From: an uncultured Bacilli bacterium
Lineage (GTDB): Bacteria; Bacillota_I; Bacilli_A; RF39; UBA660
Reading direction: 5' to 3'
Assembly (NCBI GenBank): GCA_910576795.1
Contig: CAJTIX010000004.1
Location: 647 to 64,646, forward strand
DNA length: 64,000 nt
Shown here piece by piece: positions 10,568-19,544 of this stretch; position 1 is the stretch's first letter, and each line of letters opens with the position of its first letter. The notes under the pieces were generated by a model. The model searched no databases, had not been told where the DNA came from, and was given only the letters and a program-made list of their open reading frames with translations. The position numbers and the translations under genes are program-made.

Positions 10568-10632
10568 GGTACCAGTTGATTGATACTCGAACTTTGTTTC
10601 GAGTTTTAATATGCCTGAAAATATGATATAAT
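10568..10632 (+). repeat. Direct repeat copy B (att-like), consisting of ggtacca, a hairpin and aatatgcctgaaaatatgata.
   Basis: It matches 9091-9154, and the two copies flank the single-gene islet. Confidence 0.6.
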
Positions 10633-10717
10633 TAACAACAATTATTAAATTGCTTTTTCAAATTTAGTAAATACACTTGCATATTAACAAGATCAATATA
10701 TATTTTTGGAGGTTTAA

Positions 10718-11320
10718 ATGGGTACATTTACTGATAATGATAAAAAAATAATTAATGATGCATATAAGATGATTTTATTTAATCTTAAAAATTATCTACA
10801 ACAATATAATGCAACAAGTGAATTAGAATACTCAAAAATAGTATTTCACATGTTGCATAGTGGACTTTTTAGTGTAAATGAGAAAGTTCAGTTTGATGAT
10901 GACTATGACTATCTTGGATTACCATCAGAAATAAGTCAAGGAGTCCATATTATGTATGGAATTTGTTGCTGCTGGCATGCTACAGAATTTCTCTACGATT
11001 TGTTATGTTTCTTAGGTTTTGATCCATCATTAATATATATATGGGTAGATAGTAATAATGGAATTTGGCATAGAGTCAATCCAGCTATAGAAAGAGTTAA
11101 TCATCAAGCAATTTTAATAAATAAAGAAAATAGATGTATTATAGATGTAGCAAATAAATTTATTTTTCAAATACAAAAAGGCGGAAAATTAAAATTGTTG
11201 AATCCGGAGTATCATGGTAATCTAGGAGACTATCAGGAAGATAATATAGCTATCATAGGTAAGATTTTAAAGAAATATTATACATATAAAGAACTTGGGA
11301 TAAGAAATGTATACTATTAA
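10718..11320 (+). CDS. Hypothetical protein, possibly with a Cys/His peptidase-like fold (GICCCWHATEF).
   Basis: It is an ORF with a GGAGG RBS. No family could be recognised with confidence. Confidence 0.4.
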   Translation: MGTFTDNDKKIINDAYKMILFNLKNYLQQYNATSELEYSKIVFHMLHSGLFSVNEKVQFDDDYDYLGLPSEISQGVHIMYGICCCWHATEFLYDLLCFLGFDPSLIYIWVDSNNGIWHRVNPAIERVNHQAILINKENRCIIDVANKFIFQIQKGGKLKLLNPEYHGNLGDYQEDNIAIIGKILKKYYTYKELGIRNVYY

Positions 11321-11444
11321 AAGTTACTGTATGTCCTTTTTAAGAATATCATTAAGATACTAAACTTGAACCTTGAAAGTGGTGCGGTTTTTATATATTT
11401 CATTTTATGTTATAATATGTATATATCAGATTGGGGGATAATTT

Positions 11445-12299
11445 ATGGAACAAAAGTTAGGGATTCCCAGCAGTGGATTTGAGTATCAAAATTTATTACA
11501 GGGTCAGGATGGATTAGAAGAATATATAAAAACAGAAAAGTTTTTAGCACAGGTATTTAATGAGGATATTCGTTCATGTGCGCCAGAATTGTTTAGTGAA
11601 AATATGTATCTTCAATTTATTAATTATGGAGATACAGAATTGGTTTATGTTTTAGAAACCAATTTAAGGCAATATACAGTTTTAGTCGGTCAACCTGCGG
11701 TCAAAAATGGAACTATTAGAAAAGAATATGATAATCTTCAATTATTAGCTGAATTAGAACCAGATGTAATTGTAAAACCGGAATATTATTTTACAAACAA
11801 TGAAAGAGAATTATATATTACTCCGTACTTTTTTCAAGCAAGGTGTATTGCCAGTCAAAATCATGGATGGGGTATTTATATACCAGAACCTTATTATCGA
11901 TTTGAAAACTTCTCTCTTGAGGAGGAATCCCTTGTAAATATTAGTATTATTGCTAATTTAGTTCGTTTATATAATGAAAAACAACAGGTTGGATTAGCCT
12001 CATGCAAGATTGGTGGCGGAGATTTTATTTTACAAAAAGAGTGGTCAATAGAGCCCAAAAGTATAGAAAATACATTGAAAAAAATGAAGTTGATTGCTGC
12101 TAGAGAATTGATCCAAACATCCTTCAATAATTATCTAGAAATGTTAAGAAATGAATTTTCTATTAGAACTTATTATAAAAGTTTAGAAGAACGAGATCCA
12201 TCTATATTCATCAATCATAAATCTAGAGTACCAATGAGGAAAGAAGACATTGATGCTGGAATTCAATTAGGAATGAAGTTAAGAAATGTTAAAAAATGA
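11445..12299 (+). CDS. Hypothetical protein.
   Basis: ORF with an upstream GGGGGA RBS. Confidence 0.4.
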   Translation: MEQKLGIPSSGFEYQNLLQGQDGLEEYIKTEKFLAQVFNEDIRSCAPELFSENMYLQFINYGDTELVYVLETNLRQYTVLVGQPAVKNGTIRKEYDNLQLLAELEPDVIVKPEYYFTNNERELYITPYFFQARCIASQNHGWGIYIPEPYYRFENFSLEEESLVNISIIANLVRLYNEKQQVGLASCKIGGGDFILQKEWSIEPKSIENTLKKMKLIAARELIQTSFNNYLEMLRNEFSIRTYYKSLEERDPSIFINHKSRVPMRKEDIDAGIQLGMKLRNVKK

Positions 12300-12330
12300 T
12301 TTAAAATGAATATAAAGGAGTTGTGTAAAT

Positions 12331-13032
12331 ATGAAACTTTCTCAAATTGATAATAGTTCGCTTCAAAATATATATCGGAATGGGAAACCAGATAGTAAAA
12401 TTATTTGTGATTTAACAGATGAGCAAATTAGCACTATTGTTTTTGGTGGAATAGCTGATAACCAAGAAAATTGCGATGTTGCTATTGTTTTTGGAAATAG
12501 TAATATGATTTTAGAAAGAACAAAGAAAGCTGTAGATATGTATCATCAAAAACGGACCAAATTATTATTATTTACTGGTGGAAGTGGTGGAGTTACAGCT
12601 AAGGAAGATGATTGTTTATCAGAAGCAGAAAAAATGGCTGATTTGGCCTTTCAATATGGTGTGCCACGAAATCATGTTTTGATTGAGAATCAGTCTAATA
12701 ATTCATTTGAAAACGTCTCTTATTCATTGAAATTATTGAAAGAAGAAATGGACATTAGTACATTGAGCAATATTATGTTAATTACATCAGATTTTCATCT
12801 CAAAAGATGTTATTCTATTTTCTTAAAATATTTACCAGATATAAAGTATTCATTAGTGGGAGTAAAAAACGGGTATTCTGATGAAGAAAATTGGATGAAT
12901 TCAGAACTATATTGGGGTTCAGGTAGAAGTATTGTTACATTTGAAGCAAATGCTTTAATTAACTATGCAAGACAATCAAAAATAAATGATTTACAGGTAG
13001 ATAATTATCCAATGAATGGAAAGCAGAAATGA
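12331..13032 (+). CDS. DUF218 (YdcF/SanA/ElyC-like) protein.
   Basis: VAIVFGNS ... LLLFTGGSGG ... ENQSNNSFENVSYS matches the DUF218 pattern. Confidence 0.6.
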   Translation: MKLSQIDNSSLQNIYRNGKPDSKIICDLTDEQISTIVFGGIADNQENCDVAIVFGNSNMILERTKKAVDMYHQKRTKLLLFTGGSGGVTAKEDDCLSEAEKMADLAFQYGVPRNHVLIENQSNNSFENVSYSLKLLKEEMDISTLSNIMLITSDFHLKRCYSIFLKYLPDIKYSLVGVKNGYSDEENWMNSELYWGSGRSIVTFEANALINYARQSKINDLQVDNYPMNGKQK

Positions 13033-14093
13033 TTTTCATGAAAAATAATGTAAAAGAAAACCAAATCTTAATCGATTGTATCCTACTTTTATTGATATGG
13101 TATGATACTCATAAAAGAGATTTGCCATGGAGAAGGGATCAGGATGCCTACCATATATGGATTTCTGAAATAATGTTACAACAAACAAGGGTAGAAGCAG
13201 TAATTGATTATTACAATCGTTTTATTCAGGAAATTCCTAATGTCAAAACATTAGCCACTATTTCAGAAGATCAATTGTTAAAATTATGGCAAGGTCTTGG
13301 ATACTATAGTAGAGCACGTAATCTTCAAAAAGCAGCAAAACAACTACTTCAGGAAGGAAAAGATGTATTACCTAGTACTTATACTGAATTACTAAAATTA
13401 CCTGGAATTGGTACTTATACCGCTGGAGCGATCGCTTCTATTGCTTATCAAGAAAAAGTGCCTGCGGTAGATGGAAATGTATTACGTGTGATTACACGTA
13501 TTTTGGGTAATTATGATGACATTGCTGATCCGAAAACCAAGACAAAATATGAAAATTTATTAAAACCATATATGCCAGAAAAAGAATCTGGAAATTTCAA
13601 TCAAGCTATGATGGAACTGGGTGCAACCATATGTATACCAAATGGTTTACCTAGATGTAATATTTGTCCAGTTGCCTCTATTTGTTGTGCCAATCAAAAA
13701 GGACTAATTGCGATGCTACCTGTGAAAACAAAAAAGCAAAAGAGAAAAACCATATCAAAGGTTGTATTTGTTTTTTGCTATGAAAATGAATATGCAATTC
13801 AAAAAAGACCAGCTCATGGTTTACTCGCATCTCTTTATGAATTTCCCAATATAGATTGTTCGATGGATTTAAATGAAGTAAAAGAATATCTTAATAATCA
13901 GGATATTTCCTATAAAAAGATTTCTCCACTAGGAAAATATAAACATATATTTACTCATTTAGAATGGGAAATGGATGGATATTTCATTGATTTGAATCAA
14001 AAAAATAATACTTATATATGGGTAACTTTAGAAGAAATGAGTACAAAATACTCTTTACCTACTGCATTTTCAAAAATTCTAAAAGATATCTAA
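13029..14093 (+). CDS. mutY: A/G-specific adenine DNA glycosylase MutY.
   Basis: It has an HhH-GPD fold (LPGIGTYTAGAI), a 4Fe-4S loop C-x6-C-x2-C-x5-C and a C-terminal NUDIX-like domain. Confidence 0.88.
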   Translation: MIFMKNNVKENQILIDCILLLLIWYDTHKRDLPWRRDQDAYHIWISEIMLQQTRVEAVIDYYNRFIQEIPNVKTLATISEDQLLKLWQGLGYYSRARNLQKAAKQLLQEGKDVLPSTYTELLKLPGIGTYTAGAIASIAYQEKVPAVDGNVLRVITRILGNYDDIADPKTKTKYENLLKPYMPEKESGNFNQAMMELGATICIPNGLPRCNICPVASICCANQKGLIAMLPVKTKKQKRKTISKVVFVFCYENEYAIQKRPAHGLLASLYEFPNIDCSMDLNEVKEYLNNQDISYKKISPLGKYKHIFTHLEWEMDGYFIDLNQKNNTYIWVTLEEMSTKYSLPTAFSKILKDI

Positions 14094-14121
14094 AAGTGAT
14101 ATGCAACTAGTTCATAAGTGC

Positions 14122-14150
14122 TTGCAATAAAATATCAATTATGCTATGAT
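14122..14150 (+). promoter_or_regulatory. Sigma-A promoter for the antisense RNA: TTGCAA-17-TATGAT.
   Basis: cTTGCAAtaaaatatcaattatgcTATGATgtatacag. Confidence 0.55.
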
Positions 14151-14156
14151 GTATAC

Positions 14157-14271
14157 AGATGAAGGAAACTTCATAAAATAAAAAGGGAATACTTAACTTT
14201 GGTGTGTTGAGTACTTACCTAAAATTGGGTTGTACTCTTAATCTATAACTGATTAGAGTACTATTTTTTTA
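14157..14271 (+). ncRNA. Candidate cis-antisense RNA (antitoxin-like), ~115 nt. It ends at a hairpin (14232-14262) followed by a T8 run.
   Basis: A promoter lies upstream and an intrinsic terminator lies downstream. It overlaps the 3' end and terminator of the convergent small-peptide mRNA and contains the GTTGAGTACTTACC box at 14206-14219. Confidence 0.45.
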
Positions 14272-14353
14272 TTTCTGCAATAATCAATAGTAGAAAGAAT
14301 AAAATGAGAATTATGTGTTGTAAAAACTTTATAATGAAAATTCTTTTTTTCAT
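14261..14353 (-). CDS. Small hydrophobic peptide, 30 aa (MKKRIFIIKFLQHIILILFFLLLIIAEIKK). It is a candidate type I toxin.
   Basis: A GGAAGGAGG SD lies 9 nt upstream. The peptide has a basic N-terminus, a single TM helix and a charged C-terminus. A promoter TTACAC-17-TATACT lies upstream on the - strand. A CUUCUU...AGGAAG hairpin can sequester the SD. Confidence 0.5.
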   Translation of the reverse strand: MKKRIFIIKFLQHIILILFFLLLIIAEIKK

Positions 14354-14516
14354 AATCTCAAACCTCCTTCCTATATAAGAAGCAGGCAAGTACTCAACAA
14401 TTAAGTTTCCCTAAAATAAGTATACAATACATTCACTAATAGTGTAATAATATATATTGTTTTCTATCAATTCATAAGTGCTTGCAATAAAATATCAATT
14501 ATGTTATCATGTATAT

Positions 14517-14629
14517 AGATGAAGGAAACTTCATAAAATAAAAAGGGAATACTTAACTTTGTCATGTTGAGTACTTACCTTAGTAAGAGTTTGTACTTTA
14601 ATCTATGCTGATTAGAGTACTATTTTTTT
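14517..14629 (+). ncRNA. Candidate antisense RNA of unit 2.
   Basis: Same promoter and terminator layout as unit 1. Confidence 0.4.
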
Positions 14630-14711
14630 ATTTCTGCAATAATCAATAGTAGAAAGAATAAAATGAGAATTATGTGTTGTAAAAATTTTATAATAAAATT
14701 CTTTTTTTCAT
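14620..14711 (-). pseudogene. Frameshifted copy of the small-peptide ORF. A 1-nt deletion gives MKKRILL*.
   Basis: Unit 1 has ...aattttCattataaag..., while unit 2 has ...aattttattataaaat.... The ORF is 92 nt instead of 93. Confidence 0.5.
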
Positions 14712-14830
14712 AATCTCAAGCCTCCTTCCTATGTAAGAAGTCGGCAAGTACTCAAGCAATTAAGTTTCCCTAATATAAGTAACAATATATTCACTAATAG
14801 TGCAATTAATTTTGAAATAAGGTGGTAAAT

Positions 14831-16006
14831 ATGAATCAATTATTAATGATCAAATATGGAGAATTAACGACTAAAAAAGCAAATCGAAATACCTTTATCA
14901 CATTGTTAACCAATAATATCAAAAATATTTTAAAAGAATATGAAATTACAATTCAAAAAGATAGAGTTCGTATGTATATTTCTTGTCACTCAAAAGATTG
15001 TAATGCCATCGTTTCAAAATTACAAAATGTTTTTGGAATTCATGGTATAGTGATTTGTCATAAAGTAAATACTAATATAGAAGATATTGAAACAAAAATA
15101 TTAGAATTATTACAAAATGAGCCATACCAAACTTTTAAAGTAGAAACCAAAAGAGCAGATAAAAGATTTCCAATTCCAAGTATGGAATTTAATAATAAAA
15201 TGGGAGGTTTTATCTTAAAAAATACAACTTTAAAAGTAGATGTTCACCATCCAGATGTACGAATTCATATTGAAATTCGTAATGAAGGAACATTCATTTA
15301 TACAAATGAAATGAAAGGAAATGGTGGATATCCAGTAGGTGTACAAGGAAAAGGCTTACTCATGCTTTCTGGGGGAATTGATAGCCCAGTTGCTGGATAT
15401 TTGTCTTTAAAACGTGGAATTGATTTAGAATGCCTTTATTTTGAGTCGCCTCCACATACGAGTTTAGAAGCAAAAAACAAAGTAATCCAACTTGCTTCTA
15501 TCATCAATCAATATTCCGGAAATATTAAGGTGAATGTCATTCCTTTTACTAAAATTCAAGAGGAAATTTATAAAAATGTTCCAGATAGTTATATTATTAC
15601 CATTATGAGAAGAATGATGTATCGTATTGCAGAAAGAGTTTGTAAACTGCATAAGTGTAAGGTAATCATCAATGGCGAAAGTGTTGGCCAAGTAGCAAGC
15701 CAAACATTAGATAGTATGGTTGTAATCAATTCTGTTACGAATTTGCCAGTGATTCGACCAGTTGCTTGTATGGATAAATTGGAAATCATTGAACTTGCTA
15801 AAAAAATAGAAACTTATGAGACGAGTATTTTACCATATGAAGATTGTTGTACTATCTTTTTGCCAAAACATCCTGTGATTTATCCAGATATAGAAAAAGC
15901 GATTGCCTATGAAAATCGTTTTGACTATGAAACATTAATAGAAGAATGCATTGCACATATGGAAACAATTACAACATTTGAAACCAATACAAGTTCTTAT
16001 TTATAA
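14831..16006 (+). CDS. thiI: tRNA 4-thiouridine(8) synthase ThiI.
   Basis: It has a THUMP domain and the PP-loop motif MLSGGIDSPVAGY. An AAGGTGG RBS is present. The GTG at 14822 in the ORF track is an upstream extension. Confidence 0.9.
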   Translation: MNQLLMIKYGELTTKKANRNTFITLLTNNIKNILKEYEITIQKDRVRMYISCHSKDCNAIVSKLQNVFGIHGIVICHKVNTNIEDIETKILELLQNEPYQTFKVETKRADKRFPIPSMEFNNKMGGFILKNTTLKVDVHHPDVRIHIEIRNEGTFIYTNEMKGNGGYPVGVQGKGLLMLSGGIDSPVAGYLSLKRGIDLECLYFESPPHTSLEAKNKVIQLASIINQYSGNIKVNVIPFTKIQEEIYKNVPDSYIITIMRRMMYRIAERVCKLHKCKVIINGESVGQVASQTLDSMVVINSVTNLPVIRPVACMDKLEIIELAKKIETYETSILPYEDCCTIFLPKHPVIYPDIEKAIAYENRFDYETLIEECIAHMETITTFETNTSSYL

Positions 16007-16029
16007 CCATAAATTACCATTAAAAAAAT

Positions 16030-16058
16030 AGTATGAAAAAAACCTCCATGGACATGAT
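16030..16058 (+). promoter_or_regulatory. Forespore-type (sigma-G/F-like) promoter: GTATG-17-CATGATA.
   Basis: It matches GHATR-N17-CATxHTA and sits upstream of the SASP gene. Confidence 0.45.
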
Positions 16059-16082
16059 ATTAGTGTACAGGAGGTGAAACAT

Positions 16083-16289
16083 ATGAAAAACAATACTAAT
16101 AAAATGGTAGTTCCTGGAGCTAAACAAGCTATCGATAAGATGAAATATGAAATCGCTAGTGAATTAGGTGTTAACATGGGACCAGATGCAACTAGTAGAG
16201 CTAACGGATCAGTTGGTGGTGAAATTACTAGACGTTTAGTTCAAATGGGTGAACAACACTTAGGTGGTTCAAATTACCAAGCTAAATAA
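16083..16289 (+). CDS. Small acid-soluble spore protein, alpha/beta type.
   Basis: [10 protein letters not shown] ... GGEITRRLV are the conserved SASP boxes. A GGAGGTG RBS is present. Confidence 0.9.
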   Translation: MKNNTNKMVVPGAKQAIDKMKYEIASELGVNMGPDATSRANGSVGGEITRRLVQMGEQHLGGSNYQAK

Positions 16290-16402
16290 TGACTATAAAA
16301 TGGACAGTGAAACGTTACTGTCTTTTTTTAGAGCTATCAAAAATTACCATCTATATATTTTATGTATTAGGGAACAATAATAGTATAAGGTGGTGAGCTG
16401 TA

Positions 16403-16600
16403 ATGAGTCATTTGAATAATAAATTAGTTGTTCCTGGATCAAAACAGGCAATTGAAAATTTAAAATATGAAATCGCAAATGAACTAGGTATCACTTTAGG
16501 AGCCGATACAACTTCTAGATTAAATGGTACCGTTGGTGGCGAAATGACAAGAAGGCTCGTTCGTTTAGGTGAACAAGCTTTAGAAAGTCAAAATCGATAA
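16403..16600 (+). CDS. Small acid-soluble spore protein, alpha/beta type (second paralogue).
   Basis: [10 protein letters not shown] ... GGEMTRRLV. An AAGGTGG RBS is present. Confidence 0.9.
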   Translation: MSHLNNKLVVPGSKQAIENLKYEIANELGITLGADTTSRLNGTVGGEMTRRLVRLGEQALESQNR

Positions 16601-16626
16601 AGAACAGGACAACTGTTCTTTTTAAA
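16601..16626 (+). terminator. Intrinsic terminator.
   Basis: aagaacaggacaactgttcttttt. Confidence 0.7.
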
Positions 16627-16676
16627 ATGAAAAAACATTCCAATTGGAATGTTACTTACATTTGTATCCTTGTTCT

Positions 16677-17120
16677 TCAAGGGCTTTTTTTGCATCGCTC
16701 ATTTTTCCTACATCGGCTTAGAGTGATTGATGTAAGTTTTCCTTTAGCGTCTACTAAATCAAGACTTTCTTTGTCTTCATCGCTCATTTTTGTGAGATCT
16801 GCAACCATAGAAACTTTAATATTATTTCCATTTGTTTTAGTCGTTACATTAAGACCTTTTTCTTTGTATTCATCCATTTCTTGTTCCAAAGATTTTTCAA
16901 TTTCGCTCATATATGAAGAATAACTATCATCTACTTTTACATCTTGAATTACTTCCATTTTTGTAACAGTATCTTTTTTAAAGGTGATATTGATTGTTTG
17001 CTTCATATCCATCATGGCTACATTTTGGTCCATAGTACATTTTAAGGTTTTTGTACTCCCACATCCAGTTGCAAATCCCATCATTACAACTGCCAATCCA
17101 ACAGCTAAATACTTTTTCAT
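16677..17120 (-). CDS. Lipoprotein. The signal peptide is MKKYLAVGLAVVMMGFATGC with lipobox FATGC.
   Basis: A GGAGGAG RBS is present. The ORF-track start at 17147 is an upstream extension. Confidence 0.65.
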   Translation of the reverse strand: MKKYLAVGLAVVMMGFATGCGSTKTLKCTMDQNVAMMDMKQTINITFKKDTVTKMEVIQDVKVDDSYSSYMSEIEKSLEQEMDEYKEKGLNVTTKTNGNNIKVSMVADLTKMSDEDKESLDLVDAKGKLTSITLSRCRKNERCKKSP

Positions 17121-17176
17121 TTTTTCTCTCCTCCTATATATATACAATAATAAAAAATTAATTTTTTGTCAAGCAT

Positions 17177-17746
17177 TTATAAGATTTTATCCACAAGACC
17201 ATATGATAAAGATTCCTCTGCACTTAAAAAATAATCTCTTTCAGTATCTACCTCAATTGTTTTTAAATCTTTGCCTGTATTTTCAGAAAGCATATGATTT
17301 AATTTATCACGTAACTTTAAAATACGCTCTGCAGCGATTTTAATCTCAGTCGCTTGCCCTTGTGCACCACCTAACGGTTGATGAATCATCACCTCACTAT
17401 TGGGAAGACAACATCTTTTACCTTTTGTACCACTGGATAACAAAAATGCAGCCATACTTGCAGCCATTCCTACACAGATTGTGGAAACATCACTTTTGAT
17501 AAAATGCATCGTATCATAAATCGCCATTCCTGCTGTTACACTGCCTCCTGGAGAATTGATGTAGATACTAATATCATCATGATTGATGGAATCTAAATAT
17601 AATAGTTGAGCTACAATGGTGTTGGAACTCACATCATCGATTTCACCACATAAAATAATAATACGATCTTTTAATAATCTAGAGTATATGTCATAAGCAC
17701 GTTCTCCATTATTGCTTTTTTCAATTACTGTTGGCACTAAACTCAT
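17177..17746 (-). CDS. clpP: ATP-dependent Clp protease proteolytic subunit.
   Basis: [18 protein letters not shown] ... [11 protein letters not shown] ... HQPLGG are ClpP catalytic-triad regions. Confidence 0.95.
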   Translation of the reverse strand: MSLVPTVIEKSNNGERAYDIYSRLLKDRIIILCGEIDDVSSNTIVAQLLYLDSINHDDISIYINSPGGSVTAGMAIYDTMHFIKSDVSTICVGMAASMAAFLLSSGTKGKRCCLPNSEVMIHQPLGGAQGQATEIKIAAERILKLRDKLNHMLSENTGKDLKTIEVDTERDYFLSAEESLSYGLVDKIL

Positions 17747-17864
17747 GTAATCATCCTCTCTATTTATATCATAGGATAGAATTCTTTGGTTTATGCAAAA
17801 AAAGATGTGACAAAATTACACTTTTTTGATAAAATGAATGTAGTATGAGAATAAGAGGGATATT

Positions 17865-19526
17865 ATGCCAAGAACCATTAAAGTAAATTACAAAGATATG
17901 GAAACTAAAGAGTTTCCAGTAGGTGCGACATTACTAGAAATCAGCCATGCCTTTGATCGTTATTACAATTATCCAATTTTAGTCGGAAAAGTAGATAATA
18001 ATATTACGGAATTAAATGAACCAATTACAAGAAGTTGTACGGTTGATTTTTATGATAGAAGTAGTGGGATGGGAAATAGTATTTATGGTAGAACAGCTCA
18101 ACTGGTATTGATTCTAGCAATCAAGCATATTTTGGGTGAAAAAGCCGAAGTAATAATTGAACATTCGATTGACAAAGGTTTTTATTGTGAAGTGGAAAAT
18201 GCTTCAATTGATAAAAAATTAGTAAAACAAATTGAAGATGAAATGTATGAAATTGTATCACAAGATTTGATTATCCAAAAGGTGAGTGTTTCACGTTTTG
18301 ATGCGATTAAATTTTTTAAAAAGAAAAAACAGATGGATAAGGTAAAGGTATTAAGGTATATTAGTAATAGTTATATCAATTTGTATCGAATTGATGATTT
18401 ATATGACTATTTCTATGGTGAACTTGCTTATAGTACAAAACAAATAGACGATTTTAAACTCACTTTTATAAAAGACAATGGTTTTGTCTTAAGCTATCCA
18501 ACTACTTATAATCCAGAGTGTACACTAGATTATGTCCACCATGGTATGTTATTTGATACGTTTTTAAATTATACCAAATGGGGAGATCAGATTGGGATTC
18601 GCAATGCAGCCGATTTGAATGAAATTGTTTCACAGGGAAGATATAATGAATTAATTCGTTTATCAGAAGCCTATTATAACAGCCAATTATCTCGCATTGC
18701 AGATGAGATTGCTGAAAATCATAAAAAAATAAAATTAATTTTGATTGCTGGTCCTTCTTCCTCTGGAAAAACAACCACATCTAAAAAATTGGAAGTTTAC
18801 CTACAAAGCAAAGGAATCAAAACACATCAAATTTCAATAGATGACTATTTCTATGATCGGGATAAAACTCCAAGATTAGAAAATGGCGAACTCGATTTTG
18901 AATCATTGAATGCGGTTGATGTAACTTTATTTAATAAGCATTTGACAAAATTATTAGATGGAGAGAAAGTAGAGTTGCCGGAATATAATTTTGTACTTGG
19001 TAAAAGAGAATACAATGGGAAAACGTTACAGATGGGAGAAGATGATGTCATTATCATTGAAGGACTACATGGCTTAAATGATGATCTGACTATCTCCATT
19101 GAAAGAAGAAATAAATTTAAAATTTATATCAGTCCTCTCACTCAACTCAATATTGACAATCATAACCGAATTCATACCAGTGATACTAGAAAGTTAAGAA
19201 GAATTGTTCGTGATAATAAATATCGTTCTCATAGTGCAGCTGAAACACTCAGAATGTGGAAAAGTATCCGCGAGGGAGAAGAAAAGTATATATTCCCTTA
19301 CCAAGATCAAGCGGATGCGATTATCAATTCTGCTTTGTTATATGAACTTGGTATATTAAAAACGTATGCAGAACCACTGTTATTTTCGGTTTCAGAAGAG
19401 GATGAAATGTATCCTGAGGCATTACGTTTGATTAATTTTTTAAGAAATTTTTTACCGATTCCAAGTGATGATATTCCAAATGATTCTATCTTAAGAGAAT
19501 TCATTGGAGAAAGTTGTTTTCGGTAA
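17865..19526 (+). CDS. Uridine-kinase/phosphoribulokinase-family P-loop nucleoside kinase with an N-terminal TGS-like domain.
   Basis: The Walker A is GPSSSGKTTT. It has a TGS-like N-terminus and a PRK-family body. Confidence 0.6.
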   Translation: MPRTIKVNYKDMETKEFPVGATLLEISHAFDRYYNYPILVGKVDNNITELNEPITRSCTVDFYDRSSGMGNSIYGRTAQLVLILAIKHILGEKAEVIIEHSIDKGFYCEVENASIDKKLVKQIEDEMYEIVSQDLIIQKVSVSRFDAIKFFKKKKQMDKVKVLRYISNSYINLYRIDDLYDYFYGELAYSTKQIDDFKLTFIKDNGFVLSYPTTYNPECTLDYVHHGMLFDTFLNYTKWGDQIGIRNAADLNEIVSQGRYNELIRLSEAYYNSQLSRIADEIAENHKKIKLILIAGPSSSGKTTTSKKLEVYLQSKGIKTHQISIDDYFYDRDKTPRLENGELDFESLNAVDVTLFNKHLTKLLDGEKVELPEYNFVLGKREYNGKTLQMGEDDVIIIEGLHGLNDDLTISIERRNKFKIYISPLTQLNIDNHNRIHTSDTRKLRRIVRDNKYRSHSAAETLRMWKSIREGEEKYIFPYQDQADAIINSALLYELGILKTYAEPLLFSVSEEDEMYPEALRLINFLRNFLPIPSDDIPNDSILREFIGESCFR

Positions 19527-19544
19527 TAGAAAGAAGGAATGAAC

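Larger units (their letters stand above)
14111..14444 (-). repeat. Unit 1 of a ~335-bp repeated element with type I toxin-antitoxin-like architecture.
   Basis: It is ~90% identical to unit 2 (14471-14802) and related to the inverted copy at 61680-62005. Confidence 0.85.
14471..14802 (-). repeat. Unit 2 of the tandem element.
   Basis: It has the same architecture as unit 1, with an antisense promoter TTGCAA-17-TATCAT at 14482-14510 and a hairpin plus T-run at 14593-14629. Confidence 0.85.

Noticed and set aside
14111-14802. The tandem repeats could be a CRISPR array.
   Set aside because: There are only two units of ~335 bp separated by 26 bp. There is no short repeat/spacer periodicity and no cas genes. 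The units carry promoters, an SD and an ORF instead.
16627-16923. ORF-track CDS (98 aa) on the + strand.
   Set aside because: It is low-complexity and lies entirely antisense to the well-supported lipoprotein gene (16677-17120 -). No RBS is present.
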